From: Klebsormidium nitens
Lineage: Eukaryota > Plantae > Klebsormidiophyceae
Length of the DNA stretch: 64,000 nt
Assembly (NCBI GenBank): GCA_000708835.1
Contig: DF237278.1
Location: 37,894-101,893, forward strand
Direction of reading: 5' to 3'
The notes below the pieces were generated by a model that worked only from the letters and a program-made list of their open reading frames with translations, did no database searches and was not told the DNA's origin. A program made the position numbers and the translations under genes. Positions within the stretch are counted from its first letter, which is position 1. Each line of letters starts with the position of its first letter. Shown here in pieces: positions 61,201 to 64,000 of this stretch.

Positions 61201-62607
61201 GGTGGACGATAGACGTGCAGATTCTCTTCAAAAGCTCTAGTAAGAGGTAGAGAAAGAGTTCAGGGGCAGACCAGTTGGGCTAACATTCTGCAGGCCTCCT
61301 TACTGTTCCCATGTCCCCAATCAAAGGGTTCCAACAGCAGGTTGTTTCTTCTGTGCTTTTCATGCAATACAGCAGCACTTGATTATGTTACCTTTTCAGA
61401 CTCAGATGAAAGGAAGGCAGCAGCCAAAGAGGATGCTAAAAGGAGTCCCTCATACCTTCTGCCACCATGATAAGTAGCTGCGCCGTTACGGACATCCAAA
61501 CATCACCCTCAGCGATGCGTTGTAACACATTTTAGTCCTTCTGCCGTTTCGATCCAGAACATATGAAAGGGCTTGGGCAAAGCAAGGGGTTCAGGAGGAC
61601 TGCTCTAACCTTCTCTTTGGCTGCCAGAAACCCGCTCAGTTGCTTGTGTATAATCTCTGAAATGTGCTCGGCAGTTCCATCTGGCAGCCGTAGGCTATCG
61701 ACGGGTGGCAGGCCAATCTGATCCTGCGGTTTCTATAGGAAGAACAGGTGTCAATTCATTTTGGTTCTTGAGACAGTGCAACATCTTCAAGTGCTCAACG
61801 AGTCTCAAGATGTGAATTGGAAGGTTGGGGCGAAGGGCAACCCAAAAGAGAGGATTGTATCATTGAGTGGAGCGAGAACTCTGCTTATGTGCTCAAACGT
61901 CAGATGCTAATGCAACAGGAACATTTTGAGTTTTAAGGTGGCACGTTTCCGAAGGTTGATGCGGGTACGTCATAAAGGGTGCCTAGAAGAAGAACTTCAC
62001 ATGTGTGGCTGACTGTGAGAGGTGCTGATACCACAATTTTGTTTTGTCCTACTTGTTCCATAGATGGGTCTGTACGTATGGGCATCCTCTTATCTGCAGA
62101 TTTGATGTTGAAAAGTCTGCCACAATGGGCCCTGGCACCTTACCACCCTGGCTAGTAGTCTATACGAACAAGCATCTGCTTTCAGGTACAGAGACGGAAG
62201 CGCCGGGTCTAGACAAACAAAGCTCCTGCATGCTGAAATGAAGATCCGGTTTGGAAAGTGCACTGATTTCGAATCAAGCAATCCAAAACTCATGAGATCG
62301 AATCACCAACCTTGGGCCCTTGATCACTGTCGACGCCGCTCCACAGCTCCTTCAAGCTACGTGCATTCAGCTGGACATTGTACCTCGCCGCAAGAAAGGA
62401 CGAGGAAAAGGGACTGTCGTTTGATACAGACTGGCTCAAAGGGCCAGGATTAAAGTGCGACAGCTTGCCGGACGAGTGCAGGACAAACAGCACCAACCCA
62501 AAGACTATTATTCCCACCGGCAGCATAACCAGGGTCTGGCGGCTGATGCTTCGCATGGTGACGTCGCCCGCGGCGCCTGACCGGGGAGACGTCACCCTTG
62601 CAACCAT
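55267..62607 (-). CDS. GT23 alpha-(1,6)-fucosyltransferase-like protein (plant At5g28910-like) with a long helical stem
   Basis: Exons 62607-62311, 61732-61610, 61098-61006, 60556-60347, 59995-59789, 59076-58841, 57962-57794, 57043-56840, 56430-56174 and 55552-55267 (the stem exons are less certain). TM segment LVMLPVGIIVFGLVLFVL. Motifs: PAPHLQ|DCE, WAHQHPK|DC, GHGIGSQL, RADHEGC, RWWRAQA.SYLLRF, PRPMLSIHVRQGDK, IWLSTEM, SAEADYFVGALGSNW. Confidence 0.92.
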
Positions 62608-63039
62608 AGTTCGAGTCCTAGAGAACCATTAAGTTTTTCTTGACACTTATTACTGCGGGTCTGAAGTTATCTCTGGGGAACTGATGGACGCTCATGTGTC
62701 GCACCACTACTCAGCAGCTCGGATGTCGCCTTTCAATGCAGAGCTTTTTGCTGATCGCTCCGGCCCCCTAATGCAGCATGAGACTCGGCTGTTTCCCTAT
62801 CTCAGTGTCTGTTTGCTACGGTAGCTCAGCCATTGCGGCAGCTTGGACTTGGAAGTTGGAGCTGCAGCAGTATAATCCTTCATACCTACCTACCTATGTC
62901 ACTCAAAATCACCGTCACGCTTCAAGTTCCAGGCTTCAGCGTACCTATCGTCACTTTTCGCTTTAATACGACCTACTTTAACCTGAATTAAAGTAGGTAC
63001 CTACCGTACATCCAGGACTCCCAACTTTTGGATACTGGT

Positions 63040-63190
63040 GCCAACTCTCAACGGGCGTGTGACCCCTTCGAGCTACCCGGGCACATAAACCAAGAAACCT
63101 ATCCAGATTAAGCACGCACTTCGCGCCCCAACCCATCCTAACCACCTTATCTATGATCTAACCCACCCGTTCCCGGGCGCCGCTACCGGT
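63040..63190. mobile_element. Degenerate copy of the MITE-like family
   Basis: CAACTCTCAACGGGCGTGTGACC..CGAGCTACCCGGGCAC..CGCCCCAACCCATCCTAACCACC..ACCCACCCGTTCCCGGG matches the left arm and core of the 30707 and 31531 copies. Confidence 0.5.
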
Positions 63191-63388
63191 ATCCTGATTA
63201 ATCCACACGAGAGTTGTGTACCAGATGGCAGAGTGCCTCCCCGTAACTTTTGGAGCCAGTGGCAGTGGCCACTCCATCCCGTACAGTGCTGGTACCGGTA
63301 ATACTGGTACCAGTAACACTGTGCACCGTACGCTGCATGGCGACTCTCCGGCCCCAGGCCCGGGCCTGCAGATCGAGCGAAAAACATA

Positions 63389-63456
63389 CCGGTAACTNNN
63401 NNNNNNNNNNNNNNNNNTTAGGTCACACGGCTCTTAGGTCACACGAGAGTTATCGG
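63389..63456. mobile_element. MITE-like element copy spanning an assembly gap
   Basis: CCGGTAACT[N20]TTAGGTCACACGGCTCTTAGGTCACACGAGAGTTATCGG: both termini of the family flank the N gap. Confidence 0.65.
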
Positions 63457-64000
63457 AGTGCGAAAAACCTAATATACCGTCCGTATACGGTACGTATAGG
63501 TACCTGAATCCTGCCTTTCGCCTGCCAGCCGCCCAAGAGAATCCAGATTCCTGAGATTCCGGAGATTTATGCGGGCTGCCTGCTGAAATGTATCCGGGAC
63601 AAAGCAGATCGACTGTCATGACTGCCTGGCAGCAATTATTGAGTCTTGACCAAGTAGCAAGCCCGATCGAAGCTGTTTGTGACCGTCGATTCATAGCAAG
63701 TCGCATCTGAATCTCCTCGCGATCGTCGATCTCAGAAATAGCGGAAATCAGTGAAGTTGCGAAAACTTCCATTCAGGGATTCCCACAACTGGCAGCCTGG
63801 GGCGGACCTGGCTGGCCGGGAAGGGACCCTGGCTGGTGCCGAAGGCACCCAGCCAGCTCGGTAGCTGGTAAAAATGGTAGGTCCGTAGGGCACTCAGCTG
63901 GCCGGTAGAGCCAACCGCCTGTCTCCCAGCTGGTACAACCGGGGGACTGCCTGTGGCTGGCTGGCCGGGACGAAAGTCCATGGGAATCCCTGCTCACACA

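Noticed and set aside
61392-61477. Extra GT23 stem exon (LLIMVAEG...)
   Set aside because: It contains an in-frame TAG, or would need a 20-nt intron. The flanking exons already join in phase 0 without it.
1-64000. rRNA or tRNA genes
   Set aside because: No cloverleaf or conserved rRNA segment was recognisable by eye. A tRNAscan-SE/Infernal run would be needed to exclude them fully.

Overview
Eukaryotic, intron-rich genomic DNA. The GT-AG introns, plant-type glycosyltransferase families and GC3-rich exons suggest a streptophyte alga such as Klebsormidium; that assignment is inference. Manual splicing of the six-frame fragments gives the 3' end of one unknown gene (1-223) and seven complete or near-complete genes in strictly alternating orientation: (-) O-fucosyltransferase of the PF10250/At5g50420-like type (6.3-9.9 kb); (+) a secreted protein with Cys-rich modules and Pro/Thr/Ser linkers (12.3-16.8 kb); (-) a membrane-anchored TylF/NovP-type sugar O-methyltransferase (25.6-29.9 kb); (+) a CAP59/GT69-like glycosyltransferase with a jacalin-like domain inserted in it and a bulb-type lectin after it (32.8-42.7 kb); (-) an NXPE/PC-esterase (SGNH) O-acyltransferase-like protein (45.0-47.9 kb); (+) an FkbM-type methyltransferase (49.8-54.2 kb); (-) a GT23 alpha-1,6-fucosyltransferase-like protein (55.3-62.6 kb). 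All six enzymes look like type II membrane (Golgi-type) glycan-modifying enzymes; the N-terminus of the O-FucT is partly hidden by a gap. The window therefore looks like a eukaryotic glycan or extracellular-matrix biosynthetic gene cluster. Other notable signals: introns built from tandem degenerate copies ('echoes') of the adjacent splice junction plus exon end, GTAC-dense islands in the head-to-head intergenic regions, a ~195-bp MITE-like family, and decayed coding or TE remnants at 0.4-5.9 kb and 17-25.5 kb. All exon boundaries were inferred by eye, without RNA data.
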